DNA from: Pseudomonadota bacterium
Lineage (GTDB): Bacteria > Bdellovibrionota_C > UBA2361 > OMII01
Reading direction: 5' to 3'
NCBI GenBank assembly: GCA_038134595.1
Contig: JAYPVM010000012.1
Span: 16,332 to 80,331, forward strand
DNA length: 64,000 nucleotides
A program made the translations under genes and the position numbers. Position 1 is the first letter of the stretch. Each line of letters starts with the position of its first letter. Positions 29,209-39,981 of the stretch are shown piece after piece. The notes beneath the pieces are model-generated. The model worked only from the letters and a program-made list of their open reading frames with translations. It ran no database searches and was not told the origin of the DNA.

Positions 29209-31902
29209 ATGAATAAGACTATTCCCGACGCTGAAGCACTTCGCCTAGAGCAAGATTCAGCACGAATTGAAAACTGGAAACGTTGGGGACCCTACCTCTC
29301 TGAACGACAGTGGGGCACGGTACGAGAAGACTACTCTGCAGATGGTTCTGTATGGTCTTATTTTAGTCACGACCAAGCTCGTAGTAGAACCTATCGCTGG
29401 GGAGAGGACGGCATTCTTGGACTCACTGATCGTCAGTGTAGGATTTGCTTTGCGCCGACATTCTGGAACGGTAACGACTCTATCCTCAAAGAGCGCCTTT
29501 TTGGACTTACCGGAGCGGAGGGAAATCACGGTGAAGATGTTAAGGAGTGTTACTACTATCTTGATTCTACGCCAACTCATTCATACATGAGAGGTCTGTA
29601 CAAGTATCCTCACGCCGCATTTCCCTACGATAGGCTCGTTGAAGAAAATCGCAATCGCTCTCGTAATGAGCCAGAATTTGAGTTAAGTGATACAGGAATC
29701 TTTGATGACAACCGCTACTTTGATGTGTATGTCGAATATGCCAAGGCGGGCCCAAATGATATCCTGATTAGAGTGACCGCGTATAACCGTGGAGCAGAGC
29801 CTGCGCCACTTCATATTATTCCCACCGTGTGGTTTAGAAACACGTGGAGCTGGGGGAGATCTGGCGAAGGATACACGACAAAACCACAACTATCAAAAAT
29901 TGATGAGAGTCGATTTTTACTGAAACATCCACACCTAGACTCATTTGTCTTCTTAGCTGATCCGCGTAACACCCCCGCGGCAAAAAAACTATTATTTACC
30001 GAGAACGAGTCCAACAAGATGAGGCTGTATGGAGGAGAGAATAAATCCCCCTATGTCAAAGACGGCTTCCATGAGTATGTAATTCACGGGCGACACGCCG
30101 CCATCAATCCAGCGCACACCGGAACTAAAGCTGGCTTACTCTATGTCGCAACGATTGCTTCACAAGATCATGTACAATTAAGCTTTCGGCTTAAAAGCTC
30201 TAAAGAGCCTGCCAAAGAGTATTTCACCGACGACTTTGATGAAATCTTCGATACCCGACAAGATGAGTATCGCTCATTTTATCAGAACATTTTTCCGGCC
30301 ACTATATCTACAGAGGAGCAAAATATTCTTCTGCAAAGCTATGCGGGATTATTGTGGACCAAGCAGTTTTACTACTACGCCGTAAAAGAGTGGCTTGATG
30401 GAGACCCAACGCAACCAACTCCTGACATCTCTCGGCGCCAACAGAAAAATACAAACTGGAAGCACCTTTACAATCGAGATATCATCTCAGTTCCCGATAA
30501 ATGGGAGTACCCGTGGTATGCCGCCTGGGACCTCGCATTTCACATGATTCCTTTCTGTCGTATCGACCCCACGTTTGCAAAGGACCAGCTTCTCTTACTT
30601 CTTCGAGAGTGGTACATGCATCCCAACGGACAAATCCCGGCATATGAGTTTGAATTTTCAAATGTGAACCCTCCTGTACACGCATGGGCGTGTTGGAGAG
30701 TTTATAAGCTCACCGCAAACAATGGGGGGCCTGATAGAGAATTTCTAAAGCGCGCATTTACAAAACTTTTGCTCAATTTCACCTGGTGGGTGAATCGAAC
30801 AGATACCCACGGCCGCAATTTATTCTCGGGTGGCTTCCTTGGACTCGATAACATTGGGGTATTTGACAGAAGCGCACCTCTTCCTGAAGGAAGCTCTCTG
30901 CAACAAGCCGATGCAACCGCTTGGATGGCATTTTACTGCGGAACCATGCTTTCAATCGCTTTAGAGCTCGCGATGGAAGATGAAGAGTATGAAGACCTCG
31001 CCTCAAAATTCTTCGAGCACTTCATAGCTATCTCCACCGCGATGAATAACTTTGGCGGCACGGGGCTTTGGGATCAACTAGATGGATTCTATTACGATCA
31101 ACTCGAACTGAAACAAACTACCATCCCATTACGGGTTCGATCGCTTGTTGGAATTATCCCCTTAATGGCGGTTGAGGTGTTACATGAACATCAACTCAAA
31201 AAACTTCCGGGCTTTAAAAAACGTCTCGATTGGTTTATCGCAAATCGACCGGAGCTAGCGGCACAATTATATGCGTCTGAGCAGATTCAACACGAGAGCA
31301 ATCACAACACAAAGCTTCTCTCTATCCCCTCCCCTGAGCGGCTCATTCGTATGATCCGCTACATTTTAGATGAACAAGAGTTTCTCTCTCCATACGGCAT
31401 TCGCTCTCTCTCAAAAGTCCATGAGGATTATCCTTATAAACTCACACTAGATGGACAGGACTACAGCATCGACTATTGTCCTGGAGACTCAAACACTGAC
31501 TTTTTCGGCGGTAATTCAAACTGGAGAGGGCCTGTCTGGTTTCCGGTAAATGCATTAATCATCGAGGCACTCGATAAATATCACGAGTTTTATGGAGACT
31601 CTTTTACCATCGAATATCCAACAGGCTCGGGTAACCGTCTTACTCTACAGGCTATCGCAGATGCCCTATGTGACAGACTTGCATCCCTCTTTGTGCCCGA
31701 TGAAAATGGTCAGCGGCCCTGTCACGGTGAGGACTCTAAGTATGCATCCGATCCTGCATGGAAGAACCTTGTGCTTTTCTACGAGCATTTCCACGGGGAT
31801 AATGGTAAAGGAATCGGTGCGAGTCATCAAACCGGCTGGACCTCGCTGGTGTCCTACTGTATTGAGCGGCTCCATCGCTCAACTGACAAGTCGTCTTTAT
31901 GA
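29209..31902 (+). CDS. GH63 / MGH1-like glycoside hydrolase (glucosidase)
   Basis: WKRWGPYLSERQWGTVREDYS, PDKWEYPWYAAWDLAFH, GGNSNWRGPVWFP, GASHQTGWT. Confidence 0.92.
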   Translation: MNKTIPDAEALRLEQDSARIENWKRWGPYLSERQWGTVREDYSADGSVWSYFSHDQARSRTYRWGEDGILGLTDRQCRICFAPTFWNGNDSILKERLFGLTGAEGNHGEDVKECYYYLDSTPTHSYMRGLYKYPHAAFPYDRLVEENRNRSRNEPEFELSDTGIFDDNRYFDVYVEYAKAGPNDILIRVTAYNRGAEPAPLHIIPTVWFRNTWSWGRSGEGYTTKPQLSKIDESRFLLKHPHLDSFVFLADPRNTPAAKKLLFTENESNKMRLYGGENKSPYVKDGFHEYVIHGRHAAINPAHTGTKAGLLYVATIASQDHVQLSFRLKSSKEPAKEYFTDDFDEIFDTRQDEYRSFYQNIFPATISTEEQNILLQSYAGLLWTKQFYYYAVKEWLDGDPTQPTPDISRRQQKNTNWKHLYNRDIISVPDKWEYPWYAAWDLAFHMIPFCRIDPTFAKDQLLLLLREWYMHPNGQIPAYEFEFSNVNPPVHAWACWRVYKLTANNGGPDREFLKRAFTKLLLNFTWWVNRTDTHGRNLFSGGFLGLDNIGVFDRSAPLPEGSSLQQADATAWMAFYCGTMLSIALELAMEDEEYEDLASKFFEHFIAISTAMNNFGGTGLWDQLDGFYYDQLELKQTTIPLRVRSLVGIIPLMAVEVLHEHQLKKLPGFKKRLDWFIANRPELAAQLYASEQIQHESNHNTKLLSIPSPERLIRMIRYILDEQEFLSPYGIRSLSKVHEDYPYKLTLDGQDYSIDYCPGDSNTDFFGGNSNWRGPVWFPVNALIIEALDKYHEFYGDSFTIEYPTGSGNRLTLQAIADALCDRLASLFVPDENGQRPCHGEDSKYASDPAWKNLVLFYEHFHGDNGKGIGASHQTGWTSLVSYCIERLHRSTDKSSL

Positions 31903-33078
31903 CGCTCGCTTAGTCGGTTCATCCTTGACTAACCCCCCGCCTCGAAAGCTATTCATAAAGGATATGAAAGCGTCATACGGGCTCTCGAAGGGGCTAAAAT
32001 AACGGTGGACGTCTCCATCCGGCCCCTGCTTAGTACTCATATAGTAGAGGTGATCCGAGGTCTGAAGCCGTCGCCACGATTCTTCATCAACAACTTGTTG
32101 AATTGTTCCATCATACATCGCCTCAAAAGCCCGTCGTTGCATCGTATTCCCTAGCCACGTAGAGATATCCTTAGACTGATCTGCCCACGACGTTGCTTCA
32201 CAACATGAATATTCGCCATCACTCAACTTATCAATAAGGACGCCACTTGGAGTTGCAAATCGCCACGCTTTGTTTGAAAGAAGACTCTGTGGAAGGTCTC
32301 GGAGAAACTCGAGTATACCAGTCGAATTTCCTATATGCTCGCCAAACGTCTCGAAATCGACGCCTATTGTGATTGCGTTCTCTGGATGCTCAACCCACCG
32401 AGAGAGAGTATCACGATATGAATCCGGCGTTAGTGGCAAGGAACTCTTTGAATCGGCAAAACGAAACGCAATATCATCTGACAACGGATAATTTCTCGGA
32501 ATTACTGTAAGGCTACTCCCCGCCGCCTGATACATACCGGTACGTGATGGAATAAAGCTTAGCTGTGGAGTTCCCTCAGCAATAATACCGGCAAAACCCA
32601 TCATAGCGACTCGACGAGCGATTGCATCACTGTAGATGAGCTCGGTATTCCGAAAGACCTGCGGCTTAATACCGAAGATAGTCTGCATAGCATCTTGATG
32701 CATTGCAACTTGTATTTCAAATTCGTTCGACTGCTCATCTAACGACGAGAGTGAATGATAGTACGTCTCCCCTAGCAGTTCTACTACACCGATATCAACT
32801 AACCGGGCAATTCTATCCAAGACGATAGGAGCATACCGCTTCATTTGCTCAAGTGCCGTGCCGGTGATAGACATGGCACATGAAAAATCCTTTCCATATC
32901 GCTTGGCCATTTCAAGCAGTAGAGCAGTAGTAGGAAGATAACACCGAGTGGCTACTCGTTTCATAATCTCTTCATTAAGAGCGTTGTCAAACCGAGGGCC
33001 GTTATTTTTGTCTAGAGATGTGCCGGAGGCAAGTCTGTATGGTTGATGAATTTGGAGGTAGAGACACAAAGATGGCAC
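31897..33078 (-). CDS. Glycoside hydrolase family 57 (alpha-amylase-like)
   Basis: HQPYR, GETYYHSL, FRNTELIYS, LSDDIAFRF, DFETFGEH, LQTSDHLYYM. Confidence 0.92.
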   Translation of the reverse strand: MPSLCLYLQIHQPYRLASGTSLDKNNGPRFDNALNEEIMKRVATRCYLPTTALLLEMAKRYGKDFSCAMSITGTALEQMKRYAPIVLDRIARLVDIGVVELLGETYYHSLSSLDEQSNEFEIQVAMHQDAMQTIFGIKPQVFRNTELIYSDAIARRVAMMGFAGIIAEGTPQLSFIPSRTGMYQAAGSSLTVIPRNYPLSDDIAFRFADSKSSLPLTPDSYRDTLSRWVEHPENAITIGVDFETFGEHIGNSTGILEFLRDLPQSLLSNKAWRFATPSGVLIDKLSDGEYSCCEATSWADQSKDISTWLGNTMQRRAFEAMYDGTIQQVVDEESWRRLQTSDHLYYMSTKQGPDGDVHRYFSPFESPYDAFISFMNSFRGGGLVKDEPTKRAS

Positions 33079-33086
33079 GGCTTCTC

Positions 33087-34487
33087 CTAATGTCCCCGCA
33101 AACCCTGATACACCTCCACTGTCTTTGTTGCCGATACTTCCCAGTGCAAATCAGACAATTCCTGCTTCGCGGCAGAGGCCATTTCAAGTCTTAACTCGGG
33201 ATACGTCAATGCGTGGACCATCAACTCAGACATCCTGTCAGTATCCCAAAAATCAGTCTTCAAGGCGTGAGAAATAACCTCTGAAACTCCGGACTGTTTC
33301 GACAAAATTACGGGAACATCGAAACTAACCGCCTCTAGAGCACTTAATCCAAAGGGCTCAGAAACCGATGGCATCACATACAGATCAGCTACCGATAAAA
33401 GCTCTTCGAGCTCTTCTCCTTGCACAAATCCCGGAAAAAGAAATGAATCTTCAATGCCAAGCTGTTTCACCCTCTCTTGAACCGCGCCAAGCATGTCCCC
33501 AGCTCCAGCCATAACAAACAGGGTGTCTCTTATGTGCGGCAATGCCTTTGCCGCAGCTTCAACAAAATATTCTGGGCCTTTTTGATATGTAATTCGACCC
33601 AAAAACAAAACAACATGGCTAGGCCATGTCTTTCTATTCTTGTACTCATTAACGACCTGCAAAGGGTAGATTCCGTTATGAACCACCGCGATATTTCTCG
33701 AAGCGATAGCGTGTCTTCGCTCAATCATTCGCTTTGTGTAGTGACTCACTGCCACAATCCTCGTTGCAGATTTTAAACCAAACTCTTCGATAGCATGTAT
33801 CGTTTCATCGTAAAAAATACCACTTCGATCTTGTTCCAAACTGTGTACGTGCGCAACAAAGGGCTTGCCAGTAGCCTGTGCGAGCGCAACTGCTGCTGGA
33901 AAGGTCATCCAATCATGCGCATGAATAAGATCAAACGTCTCACTTCTAAATCGTTGGACTACATCTGCGGTAAACCGCTCCACTTCGGAGAAGATATGTG
34001 CGCCGTAGCGATTTTCCACCCCGCTATCTCGATCGTCATCCTGCTTATCGATACGTACTGGAAGCACACTTTCAAGCGCTACTCCATACACAGACCCCTC
34101 CGCTACGGCCTTCACTACTGCATTATCACGAAGAGAGGTTGGAATACCCGCTTGACCTTGACGCTCCATTGCGTCCATCGCATTCTGAAACGCCTCTTGA
34201 CTCCAATACGGCTTTAGAAACGCTGAAACCCGCGTGGTTTGCTGAACACCTGCGGGAGATGAAGCGCTACAATCGCTGTCGCACTTGGATACATCTGACA
34301 AACCCTTTGAATCGGTCATTGTCATATGATGTGCATTCTCCCCACCAAACATCTGAGGAACTACAAAATGAATATCTATATCTTTCTCGGCCAAGGCTGA
34401 GGTGAGTCCTTTACAGGCAGTGCCCAATCCTCCTGCGATATGAGGGGGATATTCCCATCCTAGCATTAAGACTTTTAGTTTTTTCAT
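33087..34487 (-). CDS. Glycosyltransferase family 4 (glycogen-synthase-like)
   Basis: MLGWEYPPHIAGGLG, IHAHDWMT, GRITYQKG, MPSVSEPFGLSALEA. Likely ATG 34487. Confidence 0.92.
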   Translation of the reverse strand: MKKLKVLMLGWEYPPHIAGGLGTACKGLTSALAEKDIDIHFVVPQMFGGENAHHMTMTDSKGLSDVSKCDSDCSASSPAGVQQTTRVSAFLKPYWSQEAFQNAMDAMERQGQAGIPTSLRDNAVVKAVAEGSVYGVALESVLPVRIDKQDDDRDSGVENRYGAHIFSEVERFTADVVQRFRSETFDLIHAHDWMTFPAAVALAQATGKPFVAHVHSLEQDRSGIFYDETIHAIEEFGLKSATRIVAVSHYTKRMIERRHAIASRNIAVVHNGIYPLQVVNEYKNRKTWPSHVVLFLGRITYQKGPEYFVEAAAKALPHIRDTLFVMAGAGDMLGAVQERVKQLGIEDSFLFPGFVQGEELEELLSVADLYVMPSVSEPFGLSALEAVSFDVPVILSKQSGVSEVISHALKTDFWDTDRMSELMVHALTYPELRLEMASAAKQELSDLHWEVSATKTVEVYQGLRGH

Positions 34488-34789
34488 CGATGGTAGCGAC
34501 TGTATACTGGAGGGGGTACATTTGCTAGTCGGTCTCCTACGGCATGAAGCGCGTATTGCCCGTAGCTTCCTCCCCTCTTGCGTTGCCACTATAAAACCGG
34601 TCACATAATATGTCCATGAAATGGCGCATATAGAGTGTAAAAAGGGGCTTTTCTTTTGTCCCTTTCGGGGGTACTACATAAACAAACATCGTGTGGTTAT
34701 ATTGCGATTCGCGCAAATCTTGTGGCGGCACTAAAGAGCCCCAAAAGCCCACCGTATGCTTTACCGATAACCAAGAGGGAGTTCTATAT

Positions 34790-35782
34790 ATGATTATTGC
34801 TGGAGATATCGGGGGAACCAAGGCACGAATCGGACTTTATGAACGTCGCGCAGGAAAGGTAGAGTTAGTGCTCTCTGACCAATACGCAAGTAAAGACTAT
34901 CCAAGCCTCGAAGACATCCTTCAAACGTTTCTCGACTCTCATCGAAACGCTATCAAGGGTCGCCTTGAAGCGGCTTGCTTCGGCCTACCGGGACCGGTCA
35001 TAAACGGTACTATCAAGGTGACAAACCTTCCGTGGGAGGTTGTTCAGAGCAAGATAGGTGCAAACATTGGAGTGACAAAAACTAAGCTAGTAAACGATCT
35101 GGTTAGTACTGCCGCCGCTATTCCTTTATTTGAGCCATCTAGCTTAATATCTCTCTACACCCCGAAAGGAGAGTCCGACACAGCCGCTTCATGCGCTGTT
35201 GTTGCTCCTGGCACCGGCATCGGACACTCGCTAATACATCGCGAAGCAGGCTGGAGTGTCCTTCTCGCATCAGAGGGTGGTCACGCTAATTTTGCTCCTA
35301 CAAATGAACTCGAGATCGAGCTTCTTCAGTATTTACTCACCCGACTAGCCCACGTAAGTGTTGAATCGGTACTCTGTGGCCCGGGAATCGTGAATATATA
35401 TTCGTTTCTTAAAGACACTGGCCACGGCACGCCCCTGCCAGAGGATGAAGAACCGGGAGCAGCTCCCGTTTCAGCTTCTGTTATCGCCAACCGCGCTCTC
35501 AATGGCTCGCACGACCTTTCGAGCAAGACCATGGACATGTTCTCCTCGATGCTCGGCGCTCACTGTAGCAACATTGCATTTACCTTTCTGGCAACTGGAG
35601 GTATTTATTTAGGCGGTGGCATTCCTCCAAAGATAGCTCCAATTCTTAATAATGGTAGCTTTGCGAAAGGATACCTCCAAAAACACAAACAAAAGGAGAT
35701 GATCGAAGCAACGCCCGTATTTATAATTAGCGATGATTATGCTGCTCTACACGGGTCAGCGGCCATTGCTTCGACGCTATAG
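34790..35782 (+). CDS. glk: Glucokinase
   Basis: IAGDIGGTK, TNLPW, LVND, APGTGIG, SEGGH, GGIYLGGGI; ATG 34790 with GAGGGAG RBS. Confidence 0.93.
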   Translation: MIIAGDIGGTKARIGLYERRAGKVELVLSDQYASKDYPSLEDILQTFLDSHRNAIKGRLEAACFGLPGPVINGTIKVTNLPWEVVQSKIGANIGVTKTKLVNDLVSTAAAIPLFEPSSLISLYTPKGESDTAASCAVVAPGTGIGHSLIHREAGWSVLLASEGGHANFAPTNELEIELLQYLLTRLAHVSVESVLCGPGIVNIYSFLKDTGHGTPLPEDEEPGAAPVSASVIANRALNGSHDLSSKTMDMFSSMLGAHCSNIAFTFLATGGIYLGGGIPPKIAPILNNGSFAKGYLQKHKQKEMIEATPVFIISDDYAALHGSAAIASTL

Positions 35783-35821
35783 AAAGGCGCCTCTCTCGTA
35801 AAAGGTTCGAGCACTCGAGTA

Positions 35822-36535
35822 TTATTTACTGTGTCTTGCGGCTCGAAGATTTAGCATTTCCACTGCCAGAGAAAATGCCATGGCAAAATATATATACCCC
35901 TTCTGGATGTGATGCCCCATACCATCGAGCACTAACACAAATCCAATCATCAGCAGAAACGACAGTGCTAACATCTTCACCGTTGGATTCTTTTCGATAA
36001 ACGCGACGATCCTGCCTGAAAAGATTAGCATAACCCCAACGGCAAGAATAACCGCTGTGGCCATCACAGGCAGGTTATCGGTCATACCTACAGCGGTAAC
36101 AACTGAATCAAGCGAGAATATAATGTCTATTGCGACTATCTGCGCAATCACTGACCGCATACTAATCTGCTTCTGCTCACGGCTATTCTCAAGCGAAGTA
36201 TCGTCACCATCTGTTTTCTCGTGAATTTCTTTGGTCGCCTTGTAAATTAAAAACATCCCACCCATGAGCAATATCAGATCTCGTCCGCTCGTGGAGTGTC
36301 CAAACAATTCAAACAATGGCGTCGTAAGGGAAGCTAAAAAGGACAAGGTCACCAAGAGCATCAGCCGCGTCAGAACCGCTACTGAGAGGCCAAGAAGTCG
36401 TGCTGTAGGCTCTCTTTCCGCCCCAAGACGAGAGGCTACAATCGCAATAAATACAATATTATCAATACCCAGAACAACTTCTAACGACGTCAGTGATAGG
36501 AGGGCAATCCCGTTTTCAACAGTGAAAAGATCCAT
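35822..36535 (-). CDS. TerC family integral membrane protein
   Basis: LEVVLGIDNIVFIAI, DIIFSLDSVVTAVG, KGYIYFAMAFS. Confidence 0.93.
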   Translation of the reverse strand: MDLFTVENGIALLSLTSLEVVLGIDNIVFIAIVASRLGAEREPTARLLGLSVAVLTRLMLLVTLSFLASLTTPLFELFGHSTSGRDLILLMGGMFLIYKATKEIHEKTDGDDTSLENSREQKQISMRSVIAQIVAIDIIFSLDSVVTAVGMTDNLPVMATAVILAVGVMLIFSGRIVAFIEKNPTVKMLALSFLLMIGFVLVLDGMGHHIQKGYIYFAMAFSLAVEMLNLRAARHSK

Positions 36536-37419
36536 TACATACACTCCTTACCACCTGAAATATTCACAGTAGCCTCGACCCTATGAATTTCTCCCACCTG
36601 ATTATCTTCGATAAATTGTGGCGCCAAATGCCACCACCATGACTGTTTTGTGTGCCCCACGTAGCTAGAGTTATACAACTCTTGTGCGCCAGCAAACAAT
36701 GCCGATTCCACATCCCAGTTGGGCGAGTCGACGTTATAAAAATAATACTCCGTATCTGTTACAAGCGCATTCCAAGAACGAGAATTTTTCATAACACCTC
36801 GAAGGTGCGCAGTTTGTAATACATCCATAGAGTCACACAATGCTTGCCATACACTCTGTCCCCATACCGGATGCATTCGCATAACTCGATCCCGCCAGTA
36901 GAGGGGTATCTGACTAAGGATGTTGAGCGAGATGCATCCATCAAAATCAAATTCACTCCATCGGGGAATAGGTGCTTGCAGTTGCCGTAAACAACTCTCT
37001 AGCTCCTCTTGAGAAGAAGCATCTCGTACCACGGCGGTCCAAGATGCCAAGCAGTTTGTTATCTCGACACAACGACCGAACAACATCTTTCCATAATGCT
37101 CAGGGTATCGCTTTTTCCACGTTCGCTCACATGCCGGATCGGCGTCAAATAGATAAACTTCCTGACAGCGATCAAGCAGTAGATCAAGGTCAATATCAAG
37201 CAGTCGCCCTGCTCCCAACACAGCCACTCGCCCTAGATTTTGAGGGAGATTCTCGTTTAGAAACAAGCGAGAACACGAAAGATGTGGCGCCCACCATTGG
37301 CGACAACGGGCATGTCGAGCCGTAATCGCCCTTCCCATGACGGCAAAATCTCTGTGCTGAATACGCGTCCGTATACGAGAAAGCATGCCTTGCGTCCCTA
37401 AAAACCGGGGAAATCCCAT
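36535..37419 (-). CDS. Hypothetical protein with Rossmann/SAM-methyltransferase-like motif
   Basis: VAVLGAGRLLD…VYLFDAD glycine-rich loop plus acidic strand end, and ISLNILSQ. Its stop overlaps the TerC start. Start uncertain (37386-37503). Confidence 0.55.
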   Translation of the reverse strand: MGFPRFLGTQGMLSRIRTRIQHRDFAVMGRAITARHARCRQWWAPHLSCSRLFLNENLPQNLGRVAVLGAGRLLDIDLDLLLDRCQEVYLFDADPACERTWKKRYPEHYGKMLFGRCVEITNCLASWTAVVRDASSQEELESCLRQLQAPIPRWSEFDFDGCISLNILSQIPLYWRDRVMRMHPVWGQSVWQALCDSMDVLQTAHLRGVMKNSRSWNALVTDTEYYFYNVDSPNWDVESALFAGAQELYNSSYVGHTKQSWWWHLAPQFIEDNQVGEIHRVEATVNISGGKECM

Positions 37420-37645
37420 TTCAAGGCTCCCCTGATAAACCTCAATCGTCTCATACCTTAAGACTCGCCAATGTCGACGACAGTTTCGTGCAATCACATC
37501 CACGGTGTCTACTCACGAAAGTCGATCAAGCAATGACTCCGTAACGTTGAGTAATAGCAAAACCTTCGATACACTCGTCGAGCACAGTAGAGCCTAGCTC
37601 CACAACGGCGTTTAAAACACAACGGTAGGGTCTTAGGCCAGCACT

Positions 37646-38311
37646 ATGGGAACCTGGAAAAATCAATATATTGAGCTAGTTGAGAGCAAGCCTGACTTTA
37701 TCGTCGCAGAAAACGATCGGGAAACACCCGAAGCGTCAAAACATGCCATCGATCAACAAAAAGCAACCTTTGCCGGTATCTATGTTGAAATAGGGTCTGG
37801 CTCGGGAATGCATCTGTTAAAACTAGCCCAACAAAACCCGAATATTCTCTGTATCGGTTTAGAAATCAGATTTAAACGCGCGTTTAAAACAGGCGAAAAG
37901 GCTGAGAAGACTGGATTACGCAACGTACTGGTTCTGAGAACGGATGCGAGATTCCTCAATCATCTCTTCGAACGGGGTGAGGTATCGGGCATATTCGTTA
38001 ACTATCCTGATCCGTGGGACAAACGCCGCTGGCGAAAAAACAGGATCCTCAATCAAGAGATGCTACGCATCATGCACGGTTTATTAGCGCCAAATGGATT
38101 CCTTCGCTACAAAACCGACCATGCAGAGTATTTTCGCTCTACTGCCGAGTTACTAAATCAAGAAGCTAATTGGAATACTACCAAGTATACCGAGGACCTT
38201 GTATCAAGCTCCTGGATGGAAGAAAATATCCCGACTGAGTTCGAAGGTTTGTTTCGGTCTCAAAACAAACCCCTTCACCTGCTCGAAGCAACTCCCCTCG
38301 GTAACATCTGA
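37646..38311 (+). CDS. trmB: tRNA (guanine-N7)-methyltransferase
   Basis: VEIGSGSG, GLEI, NYPDPW.K, KTD, TEFE. Confidence 0.93.
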   Translation: MGTWKNQYIELVESKPDFIVAENDRETPEASKHAIDQQKATFAGIYVEIGSGSGMHLLKLAQQNPNILCIGLEIRFKRAFKTGEKAEKTGLRNVLVLRTDARFLNHLFERGEVSGIFVNYPDPWDKRRWRKNRILNQEMLRIMHGLLAPNGFLRYKTDHAEYFRSTAELLNQEANWNTTKYTEDLVSSSWMEENIPTEFEGLFRSQNKPLHLLEATPLGNI

Positions 38312-38341
38312 CTAGAATACTGCGTACTGGATACTCTCACA

Positions 38342-38851
38342 CTAGAGACTGGCAAGCGCACTCTTAATTCGCTCAAAGGTCTCATCTTCAGTACCTGAAA
38401 CGGGGATAACCTTTACCGGCTCATCTGCATCAGGCCTCTCGAGCGTCTCAAATTGACTTCCAAGAAGTGACACGGGCATATACTCGTGTTGTCTCGCGTT
38501 AACCCTCTCTCGAATTACTTCTTCGGGTGCATCCAGAAAGAAAAAGACAACTTTATCTTCAGCACCTTCAAGCAACCGCTCGCGGTATACTTTACGCAAT
38601 GCAGAGCATGTCATCACAATTGTTTTATCTCCCGATTCTCGAATTGCCCCATTTAGCTTTTCCAACCAGGGCCACCTATCTTCATCGGTTAACGGAATCC
38701 CGGCGCGCATCTTCTCCTTCATCTCAATGGGATGAAACATGTCTGCTTCAAATACCGAATCGCACCCAAGGTACTGCGCCGTTCGCTCGGCCAATGTTGT
38801 CTTTCCACAGCCGCATACTCCCATAAATACAATCTTCATATCTGCTCGCAT
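38342..38851 (-). CDS. Gluconokinase (GntK/IdnK type)
   Basis: MGVCGCGKTT, EADMFHP, GIPLTDEDRWPWL, CSALRKVYR, LLGSQFETLE. Confidence 0.93.
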   Translation of the reverse strand: MRADMKIVFMGVCGCGKTTLAERTAQYLGCDSVFEADMFHPIEMKEKMRAGIPLTDEDRWPWLEKLNGAIRESGDKTIVMTCSALRKVYRERLLEGAEDKVVFFFLDAPEEVIRERVNARQHEYMPVSLLGSQFETLERPDADEPVKVIPVSGTEDETFERIKSALASL

Positions 38852-39225
38852 AGGTACCTACTTCCCTACTTTACTTTTAACCGTATCGGGGCGCTCGAGA
38901 ACTCAGCCAAACCCCATCCTTGATGGTATACCCCACATTATTTCAATTATCTAGCCTATCTATTGCGGAGGGGTGTAGTTAGGAACAGAAATGATGTGAT
39001 GAAGCATCTTATTCCCATAGGGACTCTGTTCTCAAAGAACACGTCTGAGGAGGGTATAAGCAAGGTATCTTCAAATAGTTACACTAGCCAAAGCCTTCCG
39101 TCGTTTTAAACCATCGGACCAAATCTACAACAGAGACGTAGAGAGTGCATCGTTGTACCCCTAGCACATAGAGAAACAGCTCAAATGCTCGCTCCCAAAC
39201 GCACTCAAAAGAGGGACTAAAACGT

Positions 39226-39981
39226 ATGATACAGCTCCATAACCTCTCAAAGCATTACCGGGATTGCAAAGCTGTCGACAATATATCTCTCCAAATCCCT
39301 AAGGGATCTATCTTTGGCTTTCTTGGTATGAACGGAGCCGGAAAAACCTCCACCATCAAAATGATGACCGGAATCCTCCGTCCTACCACTGGAACAGTTA
39401 CAATTGCAGGCCACTGTTTGGCAAAAGAACCTTCGAAAGCAAAGGCCGCTATTGGCTATGTGCCAGATAGACCGTATGTCTATCCAAAACTCAGTGGGCG
39501 GGAGTACCTATACTTCATGTGCGACCTTTATAACGTAGCTGTGAAAGAGGTCGACACGCGTATAGATAGCGTTCTAGACGAGTACGGTATGGCTCAATAT
39601 CAGCACAACCTCATCGAAAGCTATTCCCATGGTATGAAGCAACGTATCGCCTTCTGTGGAGCACTCGTCCACAAGCCTACAGTGCTCATCGTCGATGAAC
39701 CCATGGTAGGACTTGATCCCCATGGAGCAAAGACGTTGAAATCAGCTCTTAAAAGAGAGGCTAACGCCGGGACGACAGTTTTCTTATCGACACATTCCCT
39801 TCACGTTGCAGAGGAGCTCGCCGACACAATCGCAATTCTTCACAAGGGAAAGATTATCATAAGTGGCTCGTTTCAGGAGATTCAAAGGATGAGTCAGCGC
39901 GGTCATGAACACCTAGAAGAGATCTTTATTGAGCTTACCTCCCAAGCTTCGCCGTATGAGATGTATGCAGGAGGAATCTGA
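39226..39981 (+). CDS. ABC transporter ATP-binding protein (ABC-2 exporter type)
   Basis: GMNGAGKT, YSHGMKQR, VDEPMVGLDP, STH. Confidence 0.93.
   Translation: MIQLHNLSKHYRDCKAVDNISLQIPKGSIFGFLGMNGAGKTSTIKMMTGILRPTTGTVTIAGHCLAKEPSKAKAAIGYVPDRPYVYPKLSGREYLYFMCDLYNVAVKEVDTRIDSVLDEYGMAQYQHNLIESYSHGMKQRIAFCGALVHKPTVLIVDEPMVGLDPHGAKTLKSALKREANAGTTVFLSTHSLHVAEELADTIAILHKGKIIISGSFQEIQRMSQRGHEHLEEIFIELTSQASPYEMYAGGI

Noticed and set aside
34741..34770. Sigma28-like ACCGATAA upstream of glk
   Set aside because: No TAAA -35 element at the correct spacing.
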